DNA of 61,616 bases, counting the filler. It is 15 parts of 15 records of this genome, joined end to end, with 100 filler letters (N's around TTAATTAATTAA, not from the genome) between each part and the next. Parts side by side here need not be neighbours in the genome. Positions count along the whole stretch, not along the records: positions 11,453 to 15,463 come from SRR15195285_16559; positions 15,564 to 18,838 come from SRR15195285_16588; positions 18,939 to 23,073 come from SRR15195285_16589; positions 23,174 to 27,566 come from SRR15195285_16619; 11 more parts are not named here. One strand, 5' to 3'. The notes below the pieces were generated by a model, which saw only the letters and a list, made by a program, of their open reading frames with translations, was not told the DNA's origin and searched no databases. Numbering within the stretch: position 1 is the stretch's first letter; the number at the start of each line of letters is the position of its first letter. Of the stretch, positions 11,707-24,146 are shown one piece after another. The translations under genes and the position numbers were made by a program.

Positions 11707-14700
11707 TTACTCCGCTTGCACCTGGGCACAGAGTATGTCAGAAGCATACGTGTACAGTACGCAGTAACAAGATGGATAGAGTTCCATCACGCAGAAGAAC
11801 TCGTACCAAGCTTCGCCACCGTGCGTGCGGCAGCTCGCATACCAATTCCAAGGGAACTTCTTTCCGACTAGCCCTTCGCCCCAAGGCTGGACCATCACCT
11901 CATGATAAGCTTCCAAAACGTCGTCCATGAAATTGCTTGGCATCGCATTGTTTTCGGCCCATGCTGCGCCCTAAATGCAATGAGAAGCATTCGAGTGGCG
12001 TCGTCATCCACAAGGTATGGAAAGCACTGTGAAACTGCAAGTCAGGGAACGCGTACCTCAGCTGTCTTCTGGGCAAGAGCATCCACGTTGCCAAGCCACT
12101 GCTCGACTGTCGTTTGCAGCACCGCTGCCGATGCTTCCTGCGAGACCTCCACAGAAAATCTCCTGAACTCTCTCACGCGATCGTAAGGCATGTCAGAGAT
12201 CACCAACGCCTTTGCGAGCAGCGCATCGACCCAGCCTTCTGGAGTGTACCTTGCCGTGCCAGACTCCGTCAGCACAACCTTAGCTCGCTTAAGCTTATCA
12301 GCAACGTCAGCGTCCGCAGCAGGAGCGTGTGGCACAGCCACAGTCTCCACAGTCTTGCCAGCTGCCTGCAGTGCAGTGATGACCGTTTTCCACTTTGTCA
12401 GCATCGGGAACATCGCCAGGTCCGGATAGGCACTTGGCTTATCGAGTAAGAGCACATCGATGTTCTTCGTGGCATCCCCTGCATTTGCAGTAGCGTCGAC
12501 GCATTTGCAAACAGACGGGCACCAACCAATTGCACAACCGGAGCAACGTCAACGGGAAAGCTCAGGTCTATCCCACGCAACGCACAGCATCCGTACCTTT
12601 CAAGGAAGATGACGGTGAACCGGGCAGCACCTGATGGACCATCAGGGATTGCGTGCTGAGCGTCTCCAGCTCGCTGTTATACATGAGTTCGAAGGGGTTT
12701 GCTAGTTGCACAATAGATGGCCTAGGCATCAAAGCACATTACTCAGTTAAGATTCGTTGCTGACAGGTCCGCATTCGCCAGTTTCCATTGGCAACTGAAC
12801 TGAGCAGTTGCAATATCCAGGCTGCAGTTCCATACAGAATACTGGCGAACCACACAAGCAATGGCGATAGCTATAAGCCTTACCGGTGGGCGGACAGCGC
12901 ATCGCCGCATTTTTCGCCTTTCCGGCACGCCAACGACTTGACGACGACAACGGTTCTTTTGTCTTTGAACGCAGCTGTGTCCGCGGGCAATGTACCGACC
13001 TCTGTAAGGATTACATCAAAGAAATTTTCATCTCCAAACTTGGCGGCGATGTTGACACTAAGAGTGGCAGCGTTGTCGTAACCCTCCCACCCTGGACCCC
13101 AGTGTTCGAGGCTTTTCGTGTACACGTAGGAGTCTTTCTGCGTCATCAGACGGCGGAATGTCGGGTCGGTTGTAGCATCAGCGCTCAGTTTCGACTGTAG
13201 GAGCAGGACCCGCAGTGGCTGCCAGCGGGACTGGTACGACGGCGGTGCGATGCTGTACGGGCAACCGGCGGGGGGCGCTGTGACAATAGGCACTGGCCCA
13301 GCAAACCGTGGATGCTTCGGGAGCTGTGCCGTGTGGTAGTGCGGCAATTTGCCTTTCTGCTCCTTTTTGCACCATTTGTCTCCCCCCGCACCGCGGCAGC
13401 GGATGTAGAAAGGCTCTGGAAATGCACGTCCGACCATTCCCTTTCCACCCTGTGACTGCGCGACCATTTCAAAATACCTGCCCAAATGTTCGCGGCATAG
13501 TGTTCAGACTTTGACGGATAAAGCTGCGCAGTGTGAAGCGCGGAGACGTACAGCTCTGTGACTTGCTCATAAAAATGGTCGGTGAGGACATTGTGGAGTG
13601 CCCACTGTTGCCCTACAGACGCTTTGTCGGTGAGCTCCTTCGGGTGCTCCAACCACCACTGGACAGTGTTGCTCAGCTGATTGACGTCTGTACACACACA
13701 GGCGATATTGCTGAGACTGAAGCGTCTAGAAATGCCGCAAAGGCAGAGGCGCTCAGCGTACCCATTTGAGAAGAGACCTCGACGCCGATGTTGCGAAACT
13801 CGCGCATCCGGTCGTGCGGAATATCAGCCATGAGCAGCGTGCCTGCCGTTGGTGCCTCCGAGTACTTCTGCACCGAGTAGAATACCCATGCGGCGTCTGT
13901 TAAAAGCATTTTTGCGCCTTGCACTCGGTTTTTGTACTCGTTCCATACATCTGACCATGACTTTTTCGAATTCCAGTACCCTGGGTGTCCGTGCTTTTTG
14001 AGCTGCTGGCCTTTGATCCCGTTCTTCACCAGCTTGTCCCACTTTTTTCGGAGCGGGTATGCATCGGAGATTGCCCCGATCAGCGCGGCACCCATGGACC
14101 TCTGGTCGGCTGCTGGCTTGTACATCAGTGACTTGAGGGCAGGGGAAAACACGTGCGCGAAGAGCATCGACTCTGTGAGTTTGTTCAGCTCTGTATTCAT
14201 CGCAACTTCGAATGGGTTGACGTTCACGGAGAGATCTGCCTTCGTGCTCGCAAGGATTCCTGGGCAGTTCTCCTTCGGCCGGCATTCGTGCTTGCGGGTG
14301 CTTGTCATTACCCGTGTGTTTGCGAACGTAGCAGTCTCCTTCTTGATGATGTTTTTGCGATCACCACAAAAGAAGATGACGTCGAAGTATTCCTGCTCGC
14401 GAATACGCATCCTCAATGGGATGCAGTGACATCATGATCGGGGCCCAGTGGGTCCGACCCACTTACAATGCTGACTAGGACGCTGGCTCGACTTACCTCG
14501 TCTCCGTACTTGGCCTTTATATTTGCCTTGAGGCTCTTGGAGTCGACGTAGCCCGCCATGCCGGGTCCCCAGTACACGGACTCCGGAGCCACGTGCGGGC
14601 TAGTCTTCGCGCCCGTGTAGAGGACGTGGAAGAACGGATCCATCCGTTCCTTCGCGTCGTCTTTTGTCTGCAGGAAGAGCCATCGCAGTGGCTTCCAGGA

Positions 14701-15194
14701 GCGCGTCTCCGGTGGCACTTTCACGTTGCAGCCACGGTCCGGGACGGGTATCACGGCAGGGGTAGTCGGGAGGGGCATGGGCGCAGGCGGCGGAGCGCCA
14801 CCTCCACCACCACCACCACCACCACCACCGATAGGCACTGGGGCAGGCGGTGGCGCTGAAGATTTGGGCGTGCTCGCTGGCGGTGGCGGAGGCACGGGAG
14901 CAGGTTCTAGGACCTTCGCAATTGTGGCAGCTGGCTGAGCCAGCGCTAGCTGCTCCACTGGCATCGGCATTGGCGCTGGCGCCGGTGGCAGTGCCGGCAC
15001 CAGCGAGGGCGCCCCTGTCGAATCGCCGCCGCCCATACCCCAGGAGGTCAACATCAGCACGCCTGAGACGACGAACACCTACGCCGACCAACCATCAGAG
15101 TACCTCAGCAGCGGTCACAATTGAGGGTACAGTTGCTAGGACAAGGTTGATCACGGTCCCGCACCGCCAGCACCGCAAACTTCTGCAGGTTCAT
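11707..15194 (-). CDS. Type II membrane glycosyltransferase-like protein with Pro-rich stem and two tandem catalytic-like modules; multi-exon, 3' end approximate
   Basis: Spliced N-terminus MNLQKFAVLA|VFVVSGVLML (signal anchor); internal duplication WGPG..GY...NI.AK.GDE..FDVI and D.P.DR.REFR...VEVS; QKYSEAPTAGTLLMAD resembles a GT-B (CgeB/Glyco_trans_1_2-like) C-terminal motif. Confidence 0.6.
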
Positions 15195-15836
15195 CTCGCC
15201 TGCACTTCCTCGAACGGCCTCACAGCATGCCCGACCGCCTCAGCTGTACGCCCACCAGCCGCTGCCGCCCACCATCAATCACGGCGTAGGAGCCGGCCGC
15301 CAGTTCGATCACTCTAGCGCTGCTGCTGCAATCACCTCGCCCCGGCGCTTCTCCCTACCCCACTGCGCCCACAGCCGATCCAACCGCCCGGTGACCCACA
15401 GCGCCACCCACCCACCCACCCACCAACCAACCACCAGCTGCTCCAGCTGCTCCAGCTGCTCCANNNNNNNNNNNNNNNNNNNNNNNNNNNNNNNNNNNNN
15501 NNNNNNNTTAATTAATTAANNNNNNNNNNNNNNNNNNNNNNNNNNNNNNNNNNNNNNNNNNNNAAATGAACGAGCCGAGAGGCATTAAAAGCATCCTACC
15601 GTACCTGAGGTATTCGAATACTCGATCATAGTACGGTACGAGAAGATAACGAATGCGCGCGCCCGCCGGCGCCGGCCGCGGCCGCGCGGGACCATGCACG
15701 CGCACTTGGATGCGTGCACCCAGCATATCAGATATATATGTGTACGCGCCGGCGGCAATTAGAATCCGTCGATTGCGTACGGTCTGCTGGCGGGCAGAGT
15801 GGCAGTGGGCCCAGCTCTCGACGCGAGGCGACAGAT

Positions 15837-16933
15837 ATGCCAGCGAATCTCCTTCGGTTTTTGTACACGGGTGGGACGTGGATAGTCTCTGGAGAGGGTG
15901 AAGGCGGCGGTGGCGGGCCACGCACCAATCCTGACCTCGCCTTTGTCGTCATCGACGTCCTCCTGTAAGCCCGAAGACGAGAGCCTTGCTGCATTTGTTA
16001 TATGGAATCATCCATACATAGAGCCTGCCAGACGACAATTTGACTGCTGTAGCGCTTGGAGGGTAGTTGCAGCAGTCTGTTGGGTACTGGCACGTCATCG
16101 ACCTGGAGTTACGCAGGCCCTGCGCTCTGTTGATTCAAGCCTCGGCGGGTTGCTGGCGCAGGCTATTCGTCATCAATTTTTGGCAGCAGATGATGGTCGG
16201 CAAGGCTCGGAAAAAATTCGGTGTTGACTACCCGAACATGTATGCAGTCGTGAGTTCTATGAGGGTTGTGCGCGTCTCTAGACATCGGAGTGCAATCGGA
16301 TCATCAATGCAACTGACTGCCGCAGGCTGGCGAAGGCCACAAGTACAAGCACGCCAAGGGCAGCGAACAGGAAAGTCTAACGAACTTCATGGGTCAAGAC
16401 GCCGCTGATGACTACAACAGTGTGCAACGTGCCCATCAGAATACGGTTGAGAACCATGCTCTGTGAGTTTCTCGGGTTGCTTTCGAGCACGAGACTTTGC
16501 ATCACCGGCGTCGCTGGCAGCACTGCATGCCCTTGTCTGATTGATGATCCGCCGTCCTTGTATCCACTCCCAGGTTCCTTTCGCTGCTACTTTTCGGTTC
16601 GATGGGCTTCCCGGCCATCGCCGCGGCGATTGGCATGCTTTGGCTATTGTCACGCATCGCATACACTGCCGGCTATTGTGAGTCCACAGATTTCATAGCG
16701 GCACAACAAGATAGTATGCTCATTAATTTCCCCACTCTGGCAACTGGCATGCAAGCTTGCACGCGACGCGTGCTGATAGACTTGACTGCACATGTACTCC
16801 CATTGCAGACAAAGCGCCAGCCTCTCGCGTTGTCGGGGCTATTGTCGGCTTCTTGTCGATGTTTGCTTTGTTTTTTTTGAACGTCGCCTTCGTGGTCTAT
16901 CTGTTAATTGAGAAGGACGCCATCGAATTTTAA
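15837..16933 (+). CDS. MAPEG-family membrane protein (microsomal glutathione S-transferase 3-like), multi-exon
   Basis: MMVGKARKKFGVDYPNMYA, YNSVQRAHQNTVEN, SRIAYTAGY plus hydrophobic helices. Confidence 0.85.
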
Positions 16934-17061
16934 CGATGGCAACGAAAAACATATTGACGACTTGAGACTGAGTCTCAACGCTACACAGAACCCCTGCCAT
17001 CATCAATGCCATTCATTACATAGAACATCTACATCTACTATATCATCTTCTTCTTGAGAAT

Positions 17062-18838
17062 CTAGTGAACTTCCATTTGCTGGCTAGCCCCAAGGTCTTC
17101 TGCATCTAGGTCGTCAAAATCATCGAACCCGTAGTCATCGTTGTCAAAGCCAAAACCACCCGCTGGTGGAGTCACAACCTTGGGTGGCGTCACAATTTTC
17201 TTCGCCGCCGGTGGAGACGCTGCTGCTGCTGGAGCAGGGGTGCTACTCCACGAGGGCACAGGCGCTGGAGTCGGAGCAGGGGCCCACAAAGACGCGCTGG
17301 AGCTCGGCGCCGGCGCCGCAGCCGGAGCTGGAGCACCAGGAGCTTTGGAGCCAAACATATTCTCGGCGGCGGTGTCATCGTCTTCAAACCCATCGTCATC
17401 GTAACCATCATTGTCGAGGGCAGCTGCCAACGGATCACCGTAGCTAAAACCGGACTTCTTTTCTGGGGCGGGAGCAGGAGCCGGGGCGTCAAAAATTGAA
17501 GCTGCTGGAGCGGCACCGCCGCCACCACCACGGCGCCCTGCTCGTCGCCCAGTGCTCGGTGCGTAGCCACCCACACCGCCGCCGACGTCGCCACTATCAC
17601 CGGAGTTGCTGTCAAAGATCGACGAGGGTGGCGGTGCTGGCGCTGGGGCATCAAAAAGCGACGGTGCCGCTGGAGCTGGCGCGGGCGCGGGCGCGTCAAA
17701 GATTGACGAAGCCGCTGCAGACGGCCCACCGCGTCGGCCTGCTCTAGGTGCTGCGCTCGCGAAAGGATCCGCTACCGGCTCAGGCTCGTCGAAAATCGAC
17801 CCGCCACCACCGAAGACGCCACCTCCGCCACCCATGCCCCCGGCACGTCTGCCCGCTCGCGGCCCAGCGGCAAGGGCCTCGTTCTCCTGCGCTGCTGCCA
17901 CCTCCAACCGTTTCAGCTCCGCAGCGCGCTCTTCTTCCTGCTTGCGCTTACGTTCCCGCTCCTCTTCCTCTGCCTTGACCCTGGCTGCTGCTGCAGCCTC
18001 CTCTTCCTTCCTCGCCCGCTCCGCCTGCTCCTCCGCATCTCGCTTCCGTGCGGCTTCCGCAGCTTCTTCTTCTTCTTGCCTGCGCGCCTCCTCCTCGCGC
18101 TGACGCTCCTTCGCCTGCTCAGCCTCTCTCCGTCGCAGCTCTTCCATTTCTACTGCTTGCTTGGCCTCCCGATCCTTTCGCTCTTCCTCGACCTTTCTCC
18201 TGGCGTCCTCAGCTTCCTGCTCAAGCTGCTGAGCTGCCGTGAGACCACTGCCACTGCCTGATGACGGAGTCGCACCCACATCGTTGGTATCGCTCGAGCC
18301 ATAACTGAAGCCACTGCTCGCTGGCTTCTTCTTTTCCCATGGCTTTGGTGCCTTCTTCTTCTTCTCCCAGGGTGCCGGCTTGGAACTTGACGCTGCGGGA
18401 GCCGGAGCGGGGGCGGGGGCTGGCGCCGGAGCTGGCGAGTCGAAGGTGTACTGCTCATCGTCGCTATCTACGGCCGCAGCGAACGGCGCAGGTGAGGGTG
18501 CATGCACGTACTCTTCCTCTGCATCATCATCATCATCGAACGTGTACTGCTCGTCATCGTCAGGAGAGGGCGCCGCTGCGGGTTCAGGTGCTTGAACTGG
18601 TTCAGGCGGCGGAGCGGGAGTCGGTTCTGGTGCATTATCGTTGCCGTAGCTGAAACCACTCGATGGCTTATTAGCCTTCTTCTCCCATGGCTTCGGCTTC
18701 TTCTTTCTTTCCCAGGGCGCTGCCTTCGTCTGGTCAGGCTGCACAGGAGATGCTGCAGGAATCGACGCTGCAGCCTCGGCCGCAACTCGGGCGGCTTCTG
18801 CCTCCTTTGCGAGCTCCGCGTCCACAGCGGCTTTATCC
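17062..18838 (-). CDS. Low-complexity Pro/Ala/acidic protein with charged helix and repeated short motifs; 5' partial
   Basis: 587-aa open frame; repeats PWEKK, SGFSYG, DDEQYTFD, S(I/L)FD(A/E)P, RAGRR. Confidence 0.7.
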
Positions 18839-19150
18839 NNNNNNNNNNNNNNNNNNNNNNNNNNNNNNNNNNNNNNNNNNNNTTAATTAATTAANNNNNN
18901 NNNNNNNNNNNNNNNNNNNNNNNNNNNNNNNNNNNNNNGGAGGAGGAGGAGGAGGCGGAGGCGGAGGCCCTCGTATAGTAGTCGAGAGGGCTCTGCGGCA
19001 GCTGCCCGTCAACACCCGAGGGAGATGAGCTGAGGGGCGTGGGAGTGTGTGCGGCAGGAGGGGAGCTCGCTGGCCAGTGGGACGGAGTGGACGTCGGTTG
19101 ACGAAACTGACCGGCGGCGGCGTGCTTGCGGTGGGGTCGCTGCTGCAGCC

Positions 19151-22100
19151 ATGGCGGAGGAGGCGTTCGGTGGGTTCAGCCCGGTCCAGCAAGTGACGGA
19201 TGAGTCCACCATCGATGTGCTGGAGTCGATTCCACTGTTCGCCACCCTGCTGCGAGCCCAGCTGGTTCAGCTCGCTGGCGCGCTCAAGCGGCGCGAGGTA
19301 GCGCAAGGAGAGAGCGTCGTTGCAGAAGGCGAGACGGGTGACGTTATGTACATCGTAGAAAGCGGAGCGCTGCAGGCATCCGTTGCTAGTGTCGGTGTCG
19401 TGATGACGTACGGAGCAGGTGCTTTCTTTGGCGAGCTGGCGCTCGTCAACGATGAGCCTCGTAAGGCAACGATCACGGCAACCGATGCCAGCGTGTTGCT
19501 CGAGCTAAGCCGCAGCGACGTGTCTCCAGTGGCATCCAGCGCGCAGCTTAAGGAAGGGCTGGAGGACATCGAGAAGTCATACGCGGCAGCAGTCAGGACC
19601 CAGATCGAGTCGATATTCAGACAGATGGATTTGAATGCTGATGGTAGCTTGGACCCCATGGAGCTAAACAAGCGCCTTTCCGGGCTGGACATTGAAGAAC
19701 AGTACATCGAGAACGTGTTCTACAGCATGGACACGTGCGTGCCGCATCAACGCAGCCTGACTGCGCTGCCCCAGTCAGTCTTGCAGACTTGCGCCAACTG
19801 CACCTGTCAACCTGAAACTTGTGCTTTTTTGACTTCTGCTGTGCTCTGGCGCGATTGCGTTCGTTCAGGAACCACAATGGTATGATCGACCTCGACGAGT
19901 TTGTGGCGGGGTATGACAAATACATGGCGCTTGTGCGCACTGGTAAGTTTCTCGGTTCACAGCGCAAACTGAAGGCGGAGCACTTTCTTAAAACAAACGA
20001 TGAAATCCCGGCTGATGCGCGGGTCGTGTCAAAGTGGTGTGGTGGTACAATCAAGTTGCACAAATCCACCTACGAAGCAAACGACCCATCCGAGGACAGG
20101 TCAACGCTCGCAGTTGGAGATGATTTTGTGTTCTGCGGAGTGTGGGACGGCCATGGCGGAACGGCGTGTTCTTCATTCTCTGAAACGCAGATTTTCGAAA
20201 ACTTCCAGAAGGCTTTAGGAGATCCGCGCTGTGCTGGCGTACAAGACGCATTTGCCTACAGCTACATTCAAACCGACGGTGAATATCTCGACTACGCTGG
20301 CTCAAATCCGTCCTCGCTGTTCGCCGGGACGTGTGCAGTTGGGGCATACATCGATCTTACCACCAAGTCGGTGAGTGTGTCCAATTTGGGCGACAGTCGA
20401 GCGGTGCTCGGGCTGTTCAAGGGCAACGAGCTAGTTTGCGTGCCAATGTCCGACGACCACACAGCTGCGGACGAGGCCGAGAATGCTCGGTACGCATCAA
20501 GCATTACTCGCTTAACGCGCTGCTCTCTACCTTACAATTACGCCGCACGCGACCGCTGCAGGGTGAGGGCGTTGCACCCAAACGATCCAGGATGTGTGGT
20601 ACAGATGTCTGAGGAGGATGATGATTGGTAAGCTGCCTTGCCAACAGCTAGATGCATGAATCATTTTCACTCAGTTTCTTGCACGGTGTTGCGTAGGCGT
20701 GTCAAGCAAATATGCGCGTTCACACGAAGCATTGGCGACTGTCAAATGAAGGACAAAGGCGCAGCAACTGTGTACAACACCTACACAACCCGGAAAGTAA
20801 TGCCTCGTCCAGGAGTTCGTGCAAAGGGCGAGGCGGCCAAAACTCTGCCGTATATTGTCAACGTGCCAGACTACACAGAGCATAAAGACATGGGTGACGG
20901 CTTCCTGATCGTTGCTTGTGACGGAGTGTGGGACGAGATGAGTAGCGAAGAAGCAGTCAACATTGTGGCTCGACTAATCCTAGAGAATGCATCTAATGAC
21001 AATGATGTGCGGATAGCGCTGTCACCCACACCACGCCAACTCACCGTAATGGCCAACAGTGGTACTACTGACTCAGCGTCTGCGCGTCTGCTTTCTACAT
21101 ACTGCTTAGGTCGCGGAGCTTTTCATCGAGGAAGTACTGAAACACGCTGTGACCCGGTACATTAAGTAGACACCGAATGCCCACTAGCATGAACGTCAGT
21201 AACGTCACCAAGTCAAATTTTGTTGAGATTGCGATCGTTTATGTGCAGATGCCGTGAGAGTTACGACGAGGAGGAAGATCTGACTCTCGCTGAGCTGAAG
21301 AGTCGCCCCCCAGGGAAGGCAGAGTGGAGTAGCAGGTCACACCTGCACGATGATATCACAGTGGTCATACTTCACTTTGTTGCAGAATCGTCTAGCGCTG
21401 AGGGTCTGAAAGAGAAATATACGACGGTGGTTGAAGAAGCAATTGTACGTAACCACCAGTTTATGTGCACGGATGCTACCGTGGAAATTTGCGGCTTCTG
21501 CGTTCCTTGCACATTGACATTCGGTTGTGGTGGAATGTTGTCGCTGCGTATCTGGCACACAGCGAGCATCAGAGAGCCAGTTGCTTCGCATGGCGCGTGA
21601 GATTTTCGACAAGATCGACGTGGATGGATCAGGATCGATCACGGCTGATGAACTGGCCTTGCTTGCACGACGGTACGTCGGCCCCTTCGTCTGGCCGCCG
21701 ATGTAGTTGCACCTACAGGAAGTTGGTCTGCGTTTGAATTTACACGGTGTGATTGTTTCATGTTTGGTATGATGCAGGGCCGGTAGGCCAATTGAGGGGG
21801 CTGCGCTGGTGAAGGCCATGCAGGAGCTTGACACGGACGGGAGCGGTGAAGTTGACTTCGAAGAGTTCTCTGTGTGGTGGCCGAAGTACTGCGCCCGACT
21901 GACGAGCACACGGAATAGGAGTGGCTTTGATGGCGTGCTTGGTTCGGCAGTGGATGAGGTGGCGAGCCAGCAGTCTGAAGAGCGCGTGCAGTTTGACGCA
22001 CAGCTGCTGCAGGTAGTCAAGTTCATGGAAGGCAAGGACGCGTCGGAGCTCAAGGTAGAATTTGAGGGATTGGTGCGTCGACACCAGACATGTTGCGAAA

Positions 22101-22514
22101 ATCATCTCAAGCAACTTTACTCGTGCCGGCGTGCGCTTCCGGCTCAAACAGCTGAGCGTGAACAACCTGTCACTGCTTTGCGCTGCTGCAACTGCTGCAT
22201 GCAATCACAGGATGCCGATAATAGTGGTGAACTGGATCTTAGCGAGGTTCTGGCGCTCGTGCAGAAGGTTTTCGGTGCGCTGCGCACGTGGACTCACCAT
22301 GGTTGGATTGCATCGATGCATTTGTTTCCTTGCTAGCGCACCTTATTGTTGAGACTCATCTCGCAAAACAACGCGCGCCTGTGTGCTCGCGTGCGTAGGA
22401 GAGGATGTGGATCCAAAAGTTGTGAACGCATGCTTCGGCCAGATGGACGAGGACGGTTCAAAAGCTGTCGATTTTGACGAATTCTGCAGTTTCTTTGGAG
22501 TGAAACAGTTATGA
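19151..22514 (+). CDS. cNMP-binding + EF-hand + PP2C (PPM) phosphatase + EF-hand multidomain protein, multi-exon
   Basis: FFGELALVNDEPRKAT (cNMP); GVWDGHGG, NLGDSRAVL, TRSIGD, IVACDGVWD, HDDITV (PP2C); six DxDxxG-type EF loops; GT-AG introns link the ORFs. Confidence 0.88.
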
Positions 22515-23173
22515 TATCTTGATGTCTGCACCCCGTGCCACACCTGTGCTACACTCGTGCAGCCCAGCGCGTTGCCCCAGCGCACGTAGCCAACCCAGCC
22601 ACTGTTTCTCTTGCCCGATTCGAGTCGTTTGTGGCGGTGGCTAGAGTCAAACAATCGACAACGGTCCACCGAAGAGCCACCGAAACAAAACCCTTTTGTG
22701 GGCGCGCTTCCCTCGCCAATGGTCTGGCGCTCAGTGTCAGTTTTCGAAGGTAGCCGGACTAACTTTGGGTTTAGCTCAGCAAGACTCCATGTTTCAAGAA
22801 TCGTCGGTAGAAAATGACGCCACGAGGCAGTCGCATCCTCTGCAGCCACACACTAGCCCAATCGACCAGTCTCACTCATCCGCACAGGACAACCGACATT
22901 CCATGAACCCCACCACCACCCCAACGCCAGCGCTGACCAAGGACGCAACGGAACTCTATCGAGCGTTGCGCCTTTTTAAAATCGCGAATGGGCTGTGGCT
23001 GACACGTGTCCTCAGCATAGGCTATGTTAATACAGCCGTTTCTAGGCGTCTTCACTGGACTCCTGGCGTTTGTNNNNNNNNNNNNNNNNNNNNNNNNNNN
23101 NNNNNNNNNNNNNNNNNTTAATTAATTAANNNNNNNNNNNNNNNNNNNNNNNNNNNNNNNNNNNNNNNNNNNN

Positions 23174-23971
23174 CCAGCCCTCGGTGTGGCGTTTATGACC
23201 TCTGATGAGCAGCTGCATCGAAATTCCTGGGCTACCCCTCCTGGCTCACCTAACCCGGCGGGATCGCCAGTCGGCGGCCGCGCGAGCACTGGATCCATGA
23301 GCCTCTCGATGTCACCAGCCAGTGCTCTCTTGTGAGCTCTCAACTCTGCCATGTGCTCTACCGTTACTATATGGCAGCCTGAGTTCCCTGCTAGCAGCTC
23401 GCGCTCTCTGCTGCCCCACCTGAATACTCGCTCTGACTCGGTTATCTCGCTCGTGTCTAGGGACGATAATGCATTCGCTGGTCAGACGTCACTACATCAT
23501 GCCTGCAAGGTCGCCGAGACAAGCAAGCTCTCGAAGCTTCTGCGAGCACTGAAGGCAGTCGGTGCGGACCTGCGGGCTATGGACACAGTTGATGGCCGTG
23601 GGTTTACACCATTTCACATCGCGTGTGCGGGTGGCCACGCACAGGTACGCGTCACTGGGGCCGTCATCCCACCCACAGTAGTTTACGCATGCCTTTGGAA
23701 TGCTGACTCCTGCGGTCTTTTCTCACAGGTGGTAGAAGCGCTATGCCACGCGGGCTGTGATCCTTCGTTGCGCAACGCAGATGGGTACACGGGGTGGCAG
23801 CTGGCGGAGTCGCTTGACAGAGCAGAAGTCTTGGCTCTAAACAGAGAGGAACTGATTGCCACAGCACAGGGGGCAAGGGCGCGACGACACCGAGAGGTCG
23901 CAGGACAAAAAAGCCCCGTGGTGACTCTGAAAACCTCGGGCTCGGGTCTGTTGCAGCACGAGTCATACTAG
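23174..23971 (+). CDS. Ankyrin-repeat protein, 5' partial, multi-exon
   Basis: GQTSLHHAC, GFTPFHIACAGGH, GCDPSLRNADGYT. Confidence 0.75.
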
Positions 23972-24146
23972 TGCTAGGTGTTGCATAGCGGCCTGATATT
24001 TCGAGAGATGATGTGCAAATGTAGTCGATGATGGCCTGTTGAGTCTTGAAGGTTGCAAGACACGCGTGATGCAGCCACACAGCGAAGCAAACGCGTTTAT
24101 TTGAGTCACACACAGTGCCACCCGTTGCAAGTGTTGAAACTATCTA

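Noticed and set aside
22515-23073. Possible 3' end of a convergent minus-strand gene
   Set aside because: No recognisable motif and no defensible frame
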